From contig NMRA01000018.1 in assembly GCA_002633005.1 (NCBI GenBank), forward strand, positions 1,065,531-1,129,530: a stretch of DNA of 64,000 nucleotides, written 5' to 3'. Below are positions 36,874 to 50,789 of this stretch, piece after piece (positions within the stretch are counted from its first letter, which is position 1; each line of letters begins with the position of its first letter). The DNA comes from Phoronis australis. Lineage: Eukaryota > Animalia > Phoronida. The translations under genes were made by a program, and so were the position numbers. Under the pieces are notes generated by a model. It was not told the DNA's origin. It saw only the letters and a program-made list of their open reading frames with translations, and did not search any database.

Positions 36874-39800
36874 GTATGGTGGTGAAGGTGGCATGGTGCT
36901 CGTGTTAGCAATGTTGTGGTTGACCGCTGAGTAGTCATCTAACGTGCAAGTCAAACCTGCTCCATGTGTGTAATGTTTCAAACCCCATTGAAGATATGAT
37001 TGTTGTAGCCTAGTTGCCAATTTCTTGGGTATGTTTGCAAAGCTTTTGAAAAAAGAACTTCGCTAAAATGACATATGGTAGTAGTTGAGGTTCAGTGGCC
37101 AAGAAAGAGAGTCTTAAAACGCCAACTTCCTGCTATTTGATGGTGTTTTAAGTTGCGGAACTTATTACAGCCATGCCTGTTGGGCTGTATGATAATCGAA
37201 AGGTCCGGGTTTAACTCTTTGCGTGTTCACCACTTAGTTCAATTACCATTTGAAGTTTGTGTTTGCGGTAATTAGTGGTGGTGCAGATAGCATCTCTTGC
37301 AGTTAAATTACCTTGTTGCAACTACAAAGTCAGCTACAGTTTGAGTATTATAGCTGCATCTGCAAAATTGCCACTAGCTGCAATAGCAGTACCAGTAGCT
37401 GCAACAACAACAACTACAGTTATGCAATGCATTCATCATTTGTACTCCAGTCTATTAAACATTCCAGCAAAACAACTTTATCTAGTTCAATGGATTAATT
37501 AACTTGAATCTTTATGCATATGTTAACCCATCGTCCATGTTCCCATTTCCAACTGAAGTTGAATGACCGATCGAATTGGCTTTGCGTGATTCTATTCATC
37601 AATTCCACAATTGAGTCGTCTCGGGCGACTACGTTACTTTTAAAAATAAATTCCTAATGATTCTTTTATCTGAAAATGACCCGATAAAACTTCCATTTGG
37701 CAATCAAATCTGTACCGTATTCTAGCCTGAATATTTTTCACATCGACACACCAGCTGAGCAATAGTGCATCAAGGGGCATATTATATTAGCTTGTTTGAT
37801 AATGGGAATTGAGTGATTGCTAGATCTAATATAGTAGGTACTTGCACAGGCATTGATGCTTTGGGGGTATTATGGTCTTTGGGATCACCAGTTTTGTGAT
37901 TGCTGGTGTAATTCATCATTTCCAGGTATCCTTTTACATTTGGAAAGCACCTTGCATTTTGTACAATTATAAGCCTTGAATAGTTAAAAATGCATCCACT
38001 TTGCATTATAGTTAAAGCACAATGCTTGCCGCTGCATTGTTTAACCCCTTGCTTCGAATTATGAGTCAATCACCAATTAAGTATGATTTAGCACCCCCCA
38101 GACGTAGTGACTGTCTTCTCTTAATTAACCATTTGCTGAGAACAGAAAGGTCGGAAATTTGGATAAAATTATGTTTTAGTGTTGACTGTCTTCAATTATA
38201 ATCTCGTGGTGTGTGCAGAGTTAAGCGAAGCAAAATTGAATTAAATCGTCTGACTTTTTATGTTGTGCAAGTCTGAGATGTATTTGCTAGACAGTAAGTG
38301 CTATACTCTGTATTTGATAACAGTCAGGTGTGATGTTGTTCAATATAATTTAATGGACACTCCTAGAAAGCTTATCTTGTTTTCTGCATTCTTAGTGTCA
38401 TCTTGACAAATTGTGTTTCACTTTTATGCACCACCAAAAAAGTTTGTGTCCGCATGTAATTAGCATCCCTGTCATCAGTCATTATCTTAACTTGTCTGTC
38501 GATTGTTTTAAAAACCGCTTGAGGAGTGTGTCTGGTATAATTCAGCACTAAGTTAATGGCTGGAATGCATTTGCGCCAGTCAATTTTTGGATGGATTCAA
38601 GTACTGCGACTCCCCTTGTTGGCCGTTTTGGTTTTCAATAAGAAATTTCTTGTCTGTTAAATTTTCGCCAAACATTTGACAATTTTTTCCTTATCTTGAT
38701 GGAGAATTATGTCGTCTAAATGCGTTGTCACCATTTGATTGGTGGACAGATTCAAGTACAGGGGTACACCCTTGTATCTTTTTGAGTTTTCAACAAGAAA
38801 TTCCTTTCTATCTTCTTACAAAAAGGCGTGCCAAATGCTACAAATACCCTTTCGTGTACTGTTTGTAAACGCTGATCTTAACGGCAAATGAGGATCAACA
38901 CATCCTTAATGATTTGTGTGCACTGGCAAGATTTAAGTGATTTTCCATTAATCTACCCTGTGTGCAAGAGCCATTAATGTTTGTTAAATTTACAATACGA
39001 TTTAGTTTAATGAGACTATCGTGTTAATCTTGTATTTACTTTCTGGGTCTACCAATTTTAACTGTTTCGTGAAATGGAAAGTTGTGTCTGACGCGAATTT
39101 TATTAGCGGTAATGTCTGCCAAGAGCGTGATAGTAAATCCCAGTGATGTGCTTTTCTAATCACTGTATCCCATCCTAGCACTTGGCAAGAAAAGTTTAAC
39201 CTCTTAATTGCATGTAATATATTTTGAGCCGGATATGTACTTCCGTAGTGATGTAATTTTGTGCGACTTCTTGACAAGAACAACAGACTATACAGGAAAA
39301 CAGTTCGTTCAATATGTGATTATGCAGCTAATTAAAGCACTCCTGGCTTTTTATGTCACTGGATGTTATCACCTTGACATATCAGTACTAAAAGTTTATG
39401 AGTTTTTTTTTTGGCATTGTCTGATTCATATCGTTTAAAAGTGTTGCACATGGCCCAATTCATACATTATTCTTAACAATACACACAAAGCTACGGTCGT
39501 AGGGATGTCTAATTACCGGTAGTTATGCTGACTAATGCCATCCCGAAACATGATACAAAAGACTGTATTTCAAAGATGCCACACACTGGAGGTTTGAAAT
39601 ATAATTTCAGCGTAGCTAAACATGCCGGTGTATGGGTGTTAATGTGGGCATTACTCTAATTGTCAATTTAGCTTTGCAGTCGACTTCTCTTACTGCTAGA
39701 CCCGTAGACTGCAGGATGCACAGACCAAAGGTGCACTGTCAAATATGGGCAAACTTTTGGCGATAACTTTCGTATTTGGATGACATATACGATACAATAC

Positions 39801-40261
39801 CCTGTCGTAGGTCGTGCGAAAATTCAGTCATGCATTTGCGGTGACTGCACAACCAGTGAATGATCTCACAGCAATCTACAATAAAATCTCACCAATTTAG
39901 GATGCAATATGGCCGACAAGTGAAATTTTGCTATCTTTCATAAATGACCCGTAGTACTGAGGTAGTGCTGAGCCATATCTAAGTTCTTTGCTATAGCTAC
40001 CAACAGACAATCTTTTGAAAAATGTGAGCATTCACAACAATGGTAAAAGCTTTGAAAAATCAAAAAGTACAATGTTGTCAATTATTTTTGTCCAAAATTG
40101 GTAAGATTTTACTGTATAGGACATCGCCTCAAAAGCTGGTGTCACACACCATGTAATCAAATTTAGGCCATAGGTGTAGCTGTATTGTTGTAACATTGTG
40201 ATTTTAAAGAGTATTTAGTGGGTTTCACCATCTTCTGAACTGCTTTGTGTTTTGAGACCCA

Positions 40262-40385
40262 TAAGTTGGGCAATAGCCGGTTATAATGCGCCGGTAGTTT
40301 GAGAACCAGTTTGATGCCTGTTATTCAGTGGAGAAAACTGGTTTTCAAAAATCGGGCACGTTCTATCCGACCATTACCAAAAGTT
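40262..40385. mobile_element. ~120-bp palindromic MITE; inverted copy at ~45870-45990
   Basis: tttgagaaccagttt / aaactggttttcaaa arms; core ttattcagtggaga recurs inverted at ~45918-45931. Confidence 0.7.
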
Positions 40386-41186
40386 GTCTCATTCTCTCAG
40401 AATGTTAGAGTTTAAAACTTCTTTTCTACTCTCAGCAAAAGTAATGTTGTCTATGTGTTTTGAGTGTAATGAATTTTAGATAAATTGTGCTTTCTGTATG
40501 CAGACTAAAACAAACCCATCCATGAACATGCCACACACCATTCAAACGCCCTCTTTAGGCACACATAGTTAGCACAGCACAGCACTGACTACACTTATGC
40601 TTAGATACAAGCTTATGACTCTTTATCACTTAACCATTATGTCATAGTTACTGCTGATTTACAAACGAGATTCAATACAGTTTTTAACAATAATGCTACA
40701 ATTGTACACCAACACAGCTACATCTATGGCCTCGATTTGGTTGCATGTTGTGTGATATTCACCAGTTTTGAGGTGATGTTTTGTAGTTTTGCTGTGGAAC
40801 CATTTATTGATTGCATAGTCACTGATGATGCTTGACTGAAGTTCAGCGCAACGTCTAACTGTGTTTGTATTATGTATTTTCCACATATGAATATTACTGT
40901 GAAAAGTTTTGTCACTTTATTTATTTTAATGCTATGGCCCATACGCGGTAGAACATCCTGGCCTGGGAAGCTCCAGCATCACAACAATAATACGGGCATA
41001 CAGGCTTAACTGTGCGCACACACGGTACCTTGTCAACTAGCATTTCCGTACATTTCTCTTATTGCAGGTCCATAGACTGCACGTTGCCCAGCACAGAGCT
41101 CCAGCCTCACATAAGTGCAGATAAGCTTTAATTGTGCACGTATACTGTACGTCAATTAGCGTTACTCTACATTTTTCTTATTGCAG

Positions 41187-41326
41187 GCTCGTAAACTGCA
41201 GGACGCCCAGGCCAGAGCTGCTGCATCCAAGAGAGAGGTGGAGATATTGCAGAGCACAGTCAAAACACTGGAGGGACAAGTGCAACAGCTGCAGGAACTG
41301 CTGGCCAATAGAGAGCAAGATCACAG
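41187..41326 (+). CDS. LRRCC1: LRRCC1-like coding exon (ARKLQDAQARAAASKREVEILQSTVKTLEGQVQQLQELLANREQDH)
   Basis: ttcttattgcag acceptor, ag|gtgaga donor, 140 nt, phase 0 to 2. Resembles LRRCC1 QQLHQLLALKEQEHR. Confidence 0.92.
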
Positions 41327-42173
41327 GTGAGAGGTGAAGGGTCAGAGGTTGACTATTGGGTTTTAGAAACTTAGTGTAAGACCTTGGTTGCAGGTTTTAT
41401 GGCTGGTAAAAGTTTAGCCAAGTAGTTAGTGTGTATTACAATCTAGAAATAATCTCGCTGCCTAACAGCTATGTGTATATTTTCAGTGACTGCACTATTG
41501 CTCATGTGAGATTTCATTATTTTTAAGAAATAGTTTGTGCAGCATAACACCAAATTTCCGACTTAAGTTAGTTTTTAATCTTTTACTCCCATAACCTGAT
41601 GTTTTTCCAAGTTCCAGATACTTGTTTTGTGTTACATTAAGTTTTGTTGTTTCTTAATTTTCAAACAAAATGTAATACTTATTGCTTGATTATTGCTCTG
41701 AAAAAGCCAAAAGTAGAGTGAGTGGTGGATTAACTGTATGGAGATGGTGTGCACAGTGAGCTGTTGTGCGAAGCCATGCAGACTGAGTAATCGCAAAATA
41801 TCGTGACAAGCCTGTCTAGTATGCTATGAAAAGACGGCATAGCAGCTCATCGTTTGAAATTTTTGCAGTAATCTTTCTTAGAGGAAGGGACTGCTCTGTT
41901 GCTATCAGGATTTCAAGGCTTCCACGTCAGTCTTTCAATTTCCTTGTCGTGTTGTCTGATGAACGTATCAGTTATGACAGTGTATGTAGAGTTAGTTGAA
42001 GCCCTCTCTTGTGATCAATGGCAAATTAATGGCATCAAAGGCTCAACAGCTTTGAGAACTCATCAATCATTTCCAGGACATGTCGTGGAAAAAGGGACTT
42101 GAGTGAAACTTAAGTTACCATGCCATCAGCCGAATGCTATTCAAATAAATGTTTTAGGTTAGTGCCTCACGTT

Positions 42174-42418
42174 TACGGTAAAAATTACACAATTTGGACG
42201 GTCTCTAGAATCTGGGACAAGGGCGATTTTGGCATTCACTGTATTTCTCGAATTTCGAACTGTGTGATTTCTGTCTAGACAGTACTTTAGGTAATTTTGC
42301 TATGTTTTCAGTGATTCTTGAATTCACGACAGTCAATATTGTCTATTTCTAGAATTTGGGACAAGTGTCGATCTTGGGTAAATTTTTCACAGTGCAGATT
42401 GCGGACGTTTTTACCGTA
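42174..42418. mobile_element. EnSpm/CACTA-like MITE, 245 bp
   Basis: TIR tacggtaaaaa..caat.tg.ac.gt at both ends, TT flanks, internal tagaatttgggaca motifs. Confidence 0.75.
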
Positions 42419-43118
42419 TTTAAGTCTGCTTTGGTTAATTTCCATCTCTCTTGTCAGGACAGTATCAGAAAAGCAATAACTAAATAGGCCTTATTTTCCA
42501 GGGTTTCTTCCGTTTTAGACACTGAAACCTGAAAAAGTTGAAATTATCTTAATTTTCATTTAAGGAAAGGTTAACACTTTGTGCAGGTGTCCCCTACGTT
42601 TACCTGAAGTCAGGTGTGTATGTTCAGCTTTCCCTTCCGTTTGCCGAGTGTCTTGAGTAAGGGCTGTACGTGAAAATTTGGCATATATTTTATTCACAGT
42701 ATACCATCCAAAGGTTCTATCGTTTTAGCACCTTTCTTCATTGTTTTACTAACTTTTCACCAAATTTGACCAACTAAAATTTATTCTCTTGATTTTTCGG
42801 CCATCAGTATATTATGTTATATGTTGATGTAGACATTAGTTTGGTATTTAAAGATATGATAGAAACACACTGCTCTCATTTTCTAGTCGCATAAAAAGAA
42901 AACAAAATGATAATTCAGTAAACTGTTGCAGCGTATTTGAGATTTTATCTTGAATATTTTTTATACCATATGAAATTTGGTCATGTTATTGGTCCCATTT
43001 TGGTATGAATGTATCTTTCTTTTTTGTTAAGTTTTCATAAAAACAAGGTCATGTGACTATCAGTGGCAGATCGGTACTTGGTCAACAATCAAATTGCACA
43101 GAATTTCTACTATTAAAG

Positions 43119-43257
43119 ATATATACTGTTGTATATACTGTTATATATACTGTTGTGTATACTGTTGTATATACTGTTGTATATACTGTTGTATATACTG
43201 TTGTATATACTGTTGTATATACTGTTGTATATACTGTTGTATTATACTGTTGTATAT
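43119..43257. repeat. 12-bp tandem repeat (ATATACTGTTGT), ~11 copies
   Basis: Directly visible; explains the spurious VYTV/QQYI ORFs. Confidence 0.95.
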
Positions 43258-46200
43258 ATTATTGCTAAGTTGAAATTTATAGTTTTGTGGATATTTGACT
43301 AAATACACAGACGTGTCGATAAGATTCTGCATATCATTAAGCAAATGGGAAGGAGAAAAATTACAGTTTATTCAGAGAAAATTGGTTTAGTTTTGTTGTT
43401 CTTTAATTGTGGTGGTTGAGAAGCACAAAACAAAATTAATGATCTTATTCGTTTTAAACAATAATTATATTGGTAAAAAAATGCAACTGACAACATAATT
43501 GTCCTTGTAGGTACAGCAGTAATTTTAGTCTGTATATAGTGATTTCTAATAATAGTAATAATAATTTAATTATTAAAATTAATGGCTGTTTTTGCAACTT
43601 GAATTGAGACTTCTTAATATGGTTTCGAAATCTCAAATTGGCACTCTACGTGTAAATGATTCAACACGCCATAAACGTTGTCGGTGAACTCCACCTCAGG
43701 CCAAGCTCATTCATGAACCAGAGACGTTTACTTGCCTTTTTTCAAAACCTGGAATTGTTGTTCGTTCTGACAAACAAAACCAAAACATAACAAAACTTAC
43801 CATTGAAATAACCTCAGTGTCCTAACGTAATAGTCACTCCAGTCATGATCCAGAGATGCTAGCGTAATCTCACACCCATGTCTTTAATCATCTTGGAGAA
43901 TGAGACACCTGTGTAATTAATAAATGTGGATACTCATCATGCACAGATCAGCGTTGATTGAATTACCATGAATGAAGTTATATTTCCCTGATCTAGACAA
44001 TGGTCATTTACTAATTACTTCATGTTAATGAGGTTTTCCCGTCAATGCGATCACTCCAATCTGTTTGTGCAATCTGCCAGATGTCTTGGGTAACTAATAT
44101 CTGCCACCATAGTTGGAGCCCGGCAACCTAGATTAAAGATGCGTCGTGCATCGTCGAAAACCTGTTGCACATGACACACAGCGCCACTTCGTTTCTACTG
44201 CGGTCGATGAGCGAAGATGGGTCATTTCTCCCATACCTATGGCCTGGTTGTTGCTTTGCTTGTGGCAAAAAACAACAAAGAAGCAGCAGTCTGCTGCATT
44301 TCATTCATATGTATGAACTTTTATGAATTCTTCCAGATGAATAATTTTGTCAGATATTCAAGCATTATTTAGTAGAAGATAAATGCTTTCATTTTTCAAT
44401 TCTTTGTAGGCTATACTTGAATACCTGCGAAGCAGTAATTCAATGCGTGCCGCACAGAGGGCAGGGGTGGTTTGTCCCTCTCCTACAAGGAAAATATTTT
44501 GCAATACACTTTGAAAATATGAGTTATCCATGCATCCTAGAAACAACGCTGGCTGATCAAATTTTCCAAAGAAGAAGTCAGGCTTTTAAGTCTAATTTTA
44601 TTTTTTTCTAGAAAATTAAACAGACGTAAGATTAAAGCAGCGATGACATAAGATTGTGATTTCATGTCAAAAACGTGAATCAACGTAAAAACGTGAGACT
44701 TAACAGATCTGTATCAGGTGACTTAGTGACAACGCTCTGGGACGGCTTCCATAAAACAGGAACCAGACTTGATAGGCATTACTTCTCTGGTCTTGTTTTC
44801 TGCATCCTGGGCCAAATGCTTGAATGGCATTTTTGTTTCAAAGTGGAAAACGTATTTTAATAATTTAAAACTATTATACGAAAAGTACTTGAATGCCTGT
44901 TTTGTGCAATTGGCCCTGTGCCCTTGTTTCTGCATATTTTACATTCACGTTATAGCAAACAAAGAAGCATGTAGGGACCTAAATATTTCATAATCTGTTC
45001 AACCTCCAGCTGTTGACTAGACAGATTTTTTTCGAATATATAACTAGTCAATGTAATGAGACCATTGAGTGCATTCTAGACTAGGCCTTAGATGGAAGTC
45101 AAGAAGGTGGAAGTCGTGAAGATACTGAACCATCTCGAATCTAATCGAGTGCTCCTATAGGCAAAGGCAAGCACCCGTAAAGACATCACTGAAATTCGTC
45201 AATGAGAGACATTTACACACACACGTACACACGCACACACATAAACATAAAAATGTAAACTGCAGCCGATGATATTAAGTATGAAGTATAAATGTCAATA
45301 TCAGTTTTAGTGTACCGAGTTCAACAGTTACACTCCAAGTATTTTGTCGCAAGCAAATAAACAGCCCATAACATGACTGTATTTCACGTCATGAGTTATT
45401 TTTTATATTTTTTCATGCAATTGATATATTTTAACATTCCAGCAAAAAAGTCACCCAAAACCCTTTGTATTTGTACTTTCTTGGCTTAAAATCATTTTCT
45501 TTGCTAAAATACATGTTGCTCAGTTTGGGTGCTTTTCAACTGCTCTTGTTCCTAGGCAATCCCTCTAAGGCTTAGTTCCATGCACTTTGGCATGGGATCT
45601 AGCAATAGCAGGAATACTAAAAAAACACTGGATTTGGAAAACTAATGAGAATTGGCTGCTTCCACTGAGAATTATTGCTGCAGTTTGTAGCAGCGTGATA
45701 CAGCACATGAGGACTGACAATGTAGACGACATGGTGGCTCGATAGCAGTTTTTCTCAGGTGGCACGCAGAATGTACATAGGACAATAGCGCCCACTACAG
45801 GAAAAGTCCTGATGCATCTCGGAGTATATGATGTATACCGGTAATACCCAAAATGTTCTGCTCCATAACTTCACTTGTTGCACACGGATATAACGTGCTC
45901 CCAAGAGAAGTAGTTATCTCCACTGAATAATGGATATCAAACTGGTTCTCAAAATGTGGGCACATTATATAAGACTGTTGCCCAGTTTGCAATACGTGTG
46001 CTAATAGAAAGCAGGAACTATATGTACATGTTGCCTTATTAGAGGTGTTAAATTTGCTTGCAAGTGACTTTTCATAGTAGCGTTTAAATGAAACGCAAAC
46101 AATTTTAAGTCTGGTCTGCATGCCACCCATTGGCCACATCACGTGACCTAATGAATGTAAGCCTGAAAAGATTTCTGCCCTGACCAGCTATCGGACCTTC

Positions 46201-49200
46201 TGCTAACCATGCAACCATTTTAGTCCATTGAGCTGTCAAACACAGAAGCACAATCAGACTTAGCCGTGTGCATCCCACCCATAAACTCGTGAGTGTATTT
46301 GAATATGTGAATTTTAAACCTGCGTGGAAATATAGTTCGCAAACATTTTTGAAGTCTGGTTTGCACGCCTCCTGTTGGCCGCATCGTGTAGCAAAGAAAA
46401 TTCAGCCATTTCCCAAAAACTTCTATCAAATCGCTTTCGATTTCCTTCTTAAATATTCATTTTGAAAGCCATATTGCAACTTTGTGTACCAATTAGATGT
46501 ACGTTTGGCAACAGCGGTAACCAAAAAAATAACTTACTTACTTTTGTTGAAAAACATCTACTGGAAAATAACAATTATGTACATCCTGGAAATTTATACA
46601 AAATGAAAACAATTAGATAATAGTAAAAGCAATATCCAAAAGTATAGAACAAGCACTACTTTTGTTGTGCCTTATCTGGTCAAAATAGATTTCTTTGGCT
46701 TGAACTAAAGTACTTATGGAATGATTTCTTTACTATAAGAGCTAGGTGGTTTAAAACCTGATATTGATTTTGTATGGGGGATCAGAGGGGTTGCCTACTA
46801 TTTTCTCGGATATGAAACAGTCGTCCATTAAAGGAAGGAAGAATGCACAGTTAATGTTTAAACTATGCTATATGAAACTCATTAGGTGAAACGTGTGAAT
46901 TAATGAGGTATTCATATTCATTATCTCAGCTTTGTGTGGCATGAAATGATGAAAGGGGCTCCTGCTTCTTCACGCTATGAGTATATCACTTTTTAGACAA
47001 GTCAGGAATCCAAGCTTATGATCGATCCTTCTTCCTTTCAACCACGCTAACACTTACAGCAGAGGTTGAAATTAAGCGTAAAGACTATAATTACTTTTAT
47101 TGCCTATTTTGTTACACTGTAGTTTTAAAACAGCTATGTACTTGCTTTCTGCCACTGAAACTTAGCTTTTGATATACTGTACAAGTCAAAAGTATTCAGA
47201 CGAAATGAGCCACAAGGCCACAATTCCCGCCATCACAAAGTCTAGCCTGTAGTCAAATCACCACCAAAGTATCCTTGCCTCCTGACTGAGAATTAAAGGG
47301 AAGCAACTGGAAAGTTAATAGTAAGATGGGTTATTGCGTAATTAAAATTTTGCCACATTTGGCCATCATGATGGGGAAAACGATATTTTGTATTATTTGT
47401 ACTCTAGACCACTTACTGTTATGCAGTTGGTCCCAAATTGTTTGTTAGTCAACTTGTGTGTTATTTCTGGGCCTGGAAAGAAGTAGCAGTTATTACTTGG
47501 GCCAGGCTTAATGCTGATTGTCTTGACACTATAGGTCGGCCATTTCATGGGCTGAGCGTGATCTTCAACAATAATGATTTGCCAGTTCTTTGCAAGCCCT
47601 GAAGTCTTGTTTGAGTCTGTAGCAAGCCGAGACCAGTTTTATAGTGTACGTTTTTCTAAATCAAAAGTTGGTTTCTTTGACAGAACCCAGGATTACAGCT
47701 GGTTTAAGTACTATTCTATATACAGTGTAAATGACGAGGGTTTCTGGAGAGTCCTTAGGATAAAGATAACTCCATCTTGAACACAATTGCAAGTTTTTAT
47801 TTTTTACCTTGCCTCATGGAAGTGGAATGTACGAAATACTCTCAGGAGTCATACATAACCACTAACCACCAAATATTGTATTAAAACAACACCTGTTTTG
47901 CCATAGTTGATGGTCCTGAACTCGTGTGGCTTAACATACATTCATCATTCTCACTTTTGCTCAAATTTGAACAAAACATTTATCAAATTGTCATTTTAAT
48001 TTCTATTTTCCCAAAGCTCAGTGCACTGTTAAAAATGCTCAGTTTTTATCTGGTGAACTGGTGATGGCAAACGTATAAAATGTGGAAATAGAGAATTAAA
48101 AGTTTCTGACCATTTTCTTGATGAGAATGTTTGAAAAGATAAAATTTCTCTGTTGCGCCATATTATGTTCTAAATATAAGAAACTGCGTAAATGTACCTG
48201 CATAAGGGTTGTGAGCCTAGAGATGTCTGAGTTTCCAAATGCATTCTGTGTCTTTCTAAAGTTACTTAACGTCATGAACTGAGTAGGTTATGAACATTCA
48301 AGAGTGGATGAATGAGAACCACGTCCGAATATTCAACTTTGAGTCAAGTGTAAAGAAGGTAAAACAATTCTTCACCTGTTTAAGCACACACTATGGCAAA
48401 TAAGAATTTTTGTCAACTTTCGCAAAAAATAAGAAATTTTTACTCTATCCACAACATTGTTTGCAAAGTGCAGCAGTTTTACACCATGCGTAATGAAAGG
48501 TTGAATATTGGTGGCAAGCCTCTGAAATATTTGCAGTTTTGGCAATTATTTTATGCTGGAAGCCTTAACGCTCTATGGTTTCTCTCTGTTGATCTATCAT
48601 TTGTGCGTACAACCTTCAGTTAAAACACACTTAGTCAAAAGCCAAAGGAGTCCTTTGTGTTGCAGATTAGTCTCAGCACCTTGTCTCAGGCCATTAGTGT
48701 CAAGTGACTTACTTTATGTTCCATTAGATAAAATTTACAGAATTAATCCATTTGAATGTCTCAGTTGTTGCTAACAATGTTGTTCATTTCCTTTGCTGGA
48801 CTGATTGATTAATCCACAAATTATTAAATTAGCGATTTATTTTTTGTTGTTAACGACGTAGTTATGAACTGTAGTGAATCAAAAGGTGCTTTCAGCGTTA
48901 TTATGATAGTGAGTGAAAGTGGAGACAAATAAGATGCATACAGAACTCTGCTGATTTCATTACAATGTTTAACATCTGTTGCAACTTTTATATGTCAAAA
49001 TTAGCTTGAGAACTGGTCTTTAATTCGCCTGAACATGGCGACAAAACAAAAATATTTTGTATCAATAATACCTTGCTTAGAAGAACTACTTTAATCCATT
49101 TTCAATAGTACAGTATACTAATTACACAATTACACAATTACAATCAATTTCTTGATTTGTGTGGAGCTGTAAATTACACCGACAACTGAAGTGAAAACAA

Positions 49201-50789
49201 ACACAATAAAGCAGTCCTAATCGGTTGCCATGTTTATTTTTGTTTTGTTAGTCACAAAGGAGCTTAGACATCTGGCATACTAATAGCTCTAGGTGTAACT
49301 TAATAATCAGCCAAATGAGTGTGTAGATTGATTAATATTGCCTGGTAGGGATCCTTCATCACGCTGCTAATTGGAGAATAGCACAGAACAATGTAGCAAT
49401 TTTTTAACATTCTTTAGGAGGGACTGAGATAACCAGCCTTCAAGGTTTTTGAGTGTTTAGCTTGTTAAATGTTTTTTTTCGCAATTTACCAGTGGCAGGC
49501 CTGAAAGCCTTTAGTGATCGATTAATGTTTTATTTCTTTGAACCTCATCTTGCACAACTCACTCAAGCAAAATGTTCTCAATCCTGTTCATTGTTGATAA
49601 CTTCTAGTCATCTTTCCTAGCAATGCTTAGTACTTGGTAAATGATTGTATATTGTGGCTGCATTACTTACTTTCTTATTACGGAGATGTTCCATCCATAA
49701 AGAAATTTTTTGTGTATATGTGAAAGCCTATTAAGAAGGGTTAGGAATTTTCCTCTTTCAACAGGATTTCCTCTTATGGTTTTGAATTCCTCTTATTTTA
49801 TTTCCAGTTTCCTCTTTTTGTCTCTTTTTATCGTTTTTGTGACTTTATTCATGCAAAATTTTTTATTTCAGTTAAATTTTACAGCACAAAGAAAATATTT
49901 CAATGACTCAAGCCTATTTATTTGTCAGTGGAACAATACATCACCTGGAATATTTTCTTCTTTTTTGTCATTGATCATTCCAAGCCCTGATTACGGTGTT
50001 TTCTCTAATAGTTCGTACACTAGTGTACGAACTACTTTTCCCCGTGATAGCTTCGTGTTCGAATTAATAGAGACAAAATTGGCCGAACAAATTATTAGAG
50101 AAGAAAGTTGAGTGTTCGGATTATTAGAGCTAAAGATGGACGATAACAATGAGTGCAACTACGGCCTCTGAGATGGTGGTTTGGCAATGTGAATTATATT
50201 ACAGCAAGTTATAAATTTTATTCCGGGTGATGAAATTTAAAACTTGAACTCTTTGTCACTTCATTTTCTTCCCATGTTCGCAAACTTCATGAACCACGCC
50301 GCCTTCGGTACCTCCCATAGACATCTTGATGACCATGCTACCTCCGCTTTCTGTGATGTCATCTGCCATACTTAGTTTCCGACTGCAGTGTACTAGATAA
50401 AACAGGTATTCGAAAAAATCAAGCCAGAGAAATGTGACGGTGGTTTTGCCAACACTGCCAATTGATTTAGAAGGGTATCTCTTGGATTTTTAAACAATTC
50501 TCATACTTCACGGAAAGATGTCAAATTTTCCCTGTTTTGATGAAATTGTCTGTTTTCTGGAAATGTATTTTGCCAGTTACCGAGGATGTGTGTCGACGGA
50601 AAGGACAGTGTGCCTCACGGGGTTAATTTGCTTCCTCTCGATCTCAGAATTCAGATGTTGTCAATACGGTACTGGACATTTGTGTATGGTCTTGAAATAA
50701 TAAAAAATGCAAGCCTGTTTTTTTTCCGCTTATTGTCAATCAAACTGGCATTAGCAGATTTTACCAATGTCGCTGGCAGTACTTGTTCT

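Noticed and set aside
43053-43344. VYTV / QQYI repeat proteins
   Set aside because: Artefacts of the 12-bp tandem repeat.
50440-50750. Second HIRAN-like relic on the minus strand (GLHF..RPY, INPV, HPR*LAKYIS, QEIP)
   Set aside because: Needs several frame switches and the motifs are short, so it could be pattern-fitting. Worth re-testing on a family consensus.
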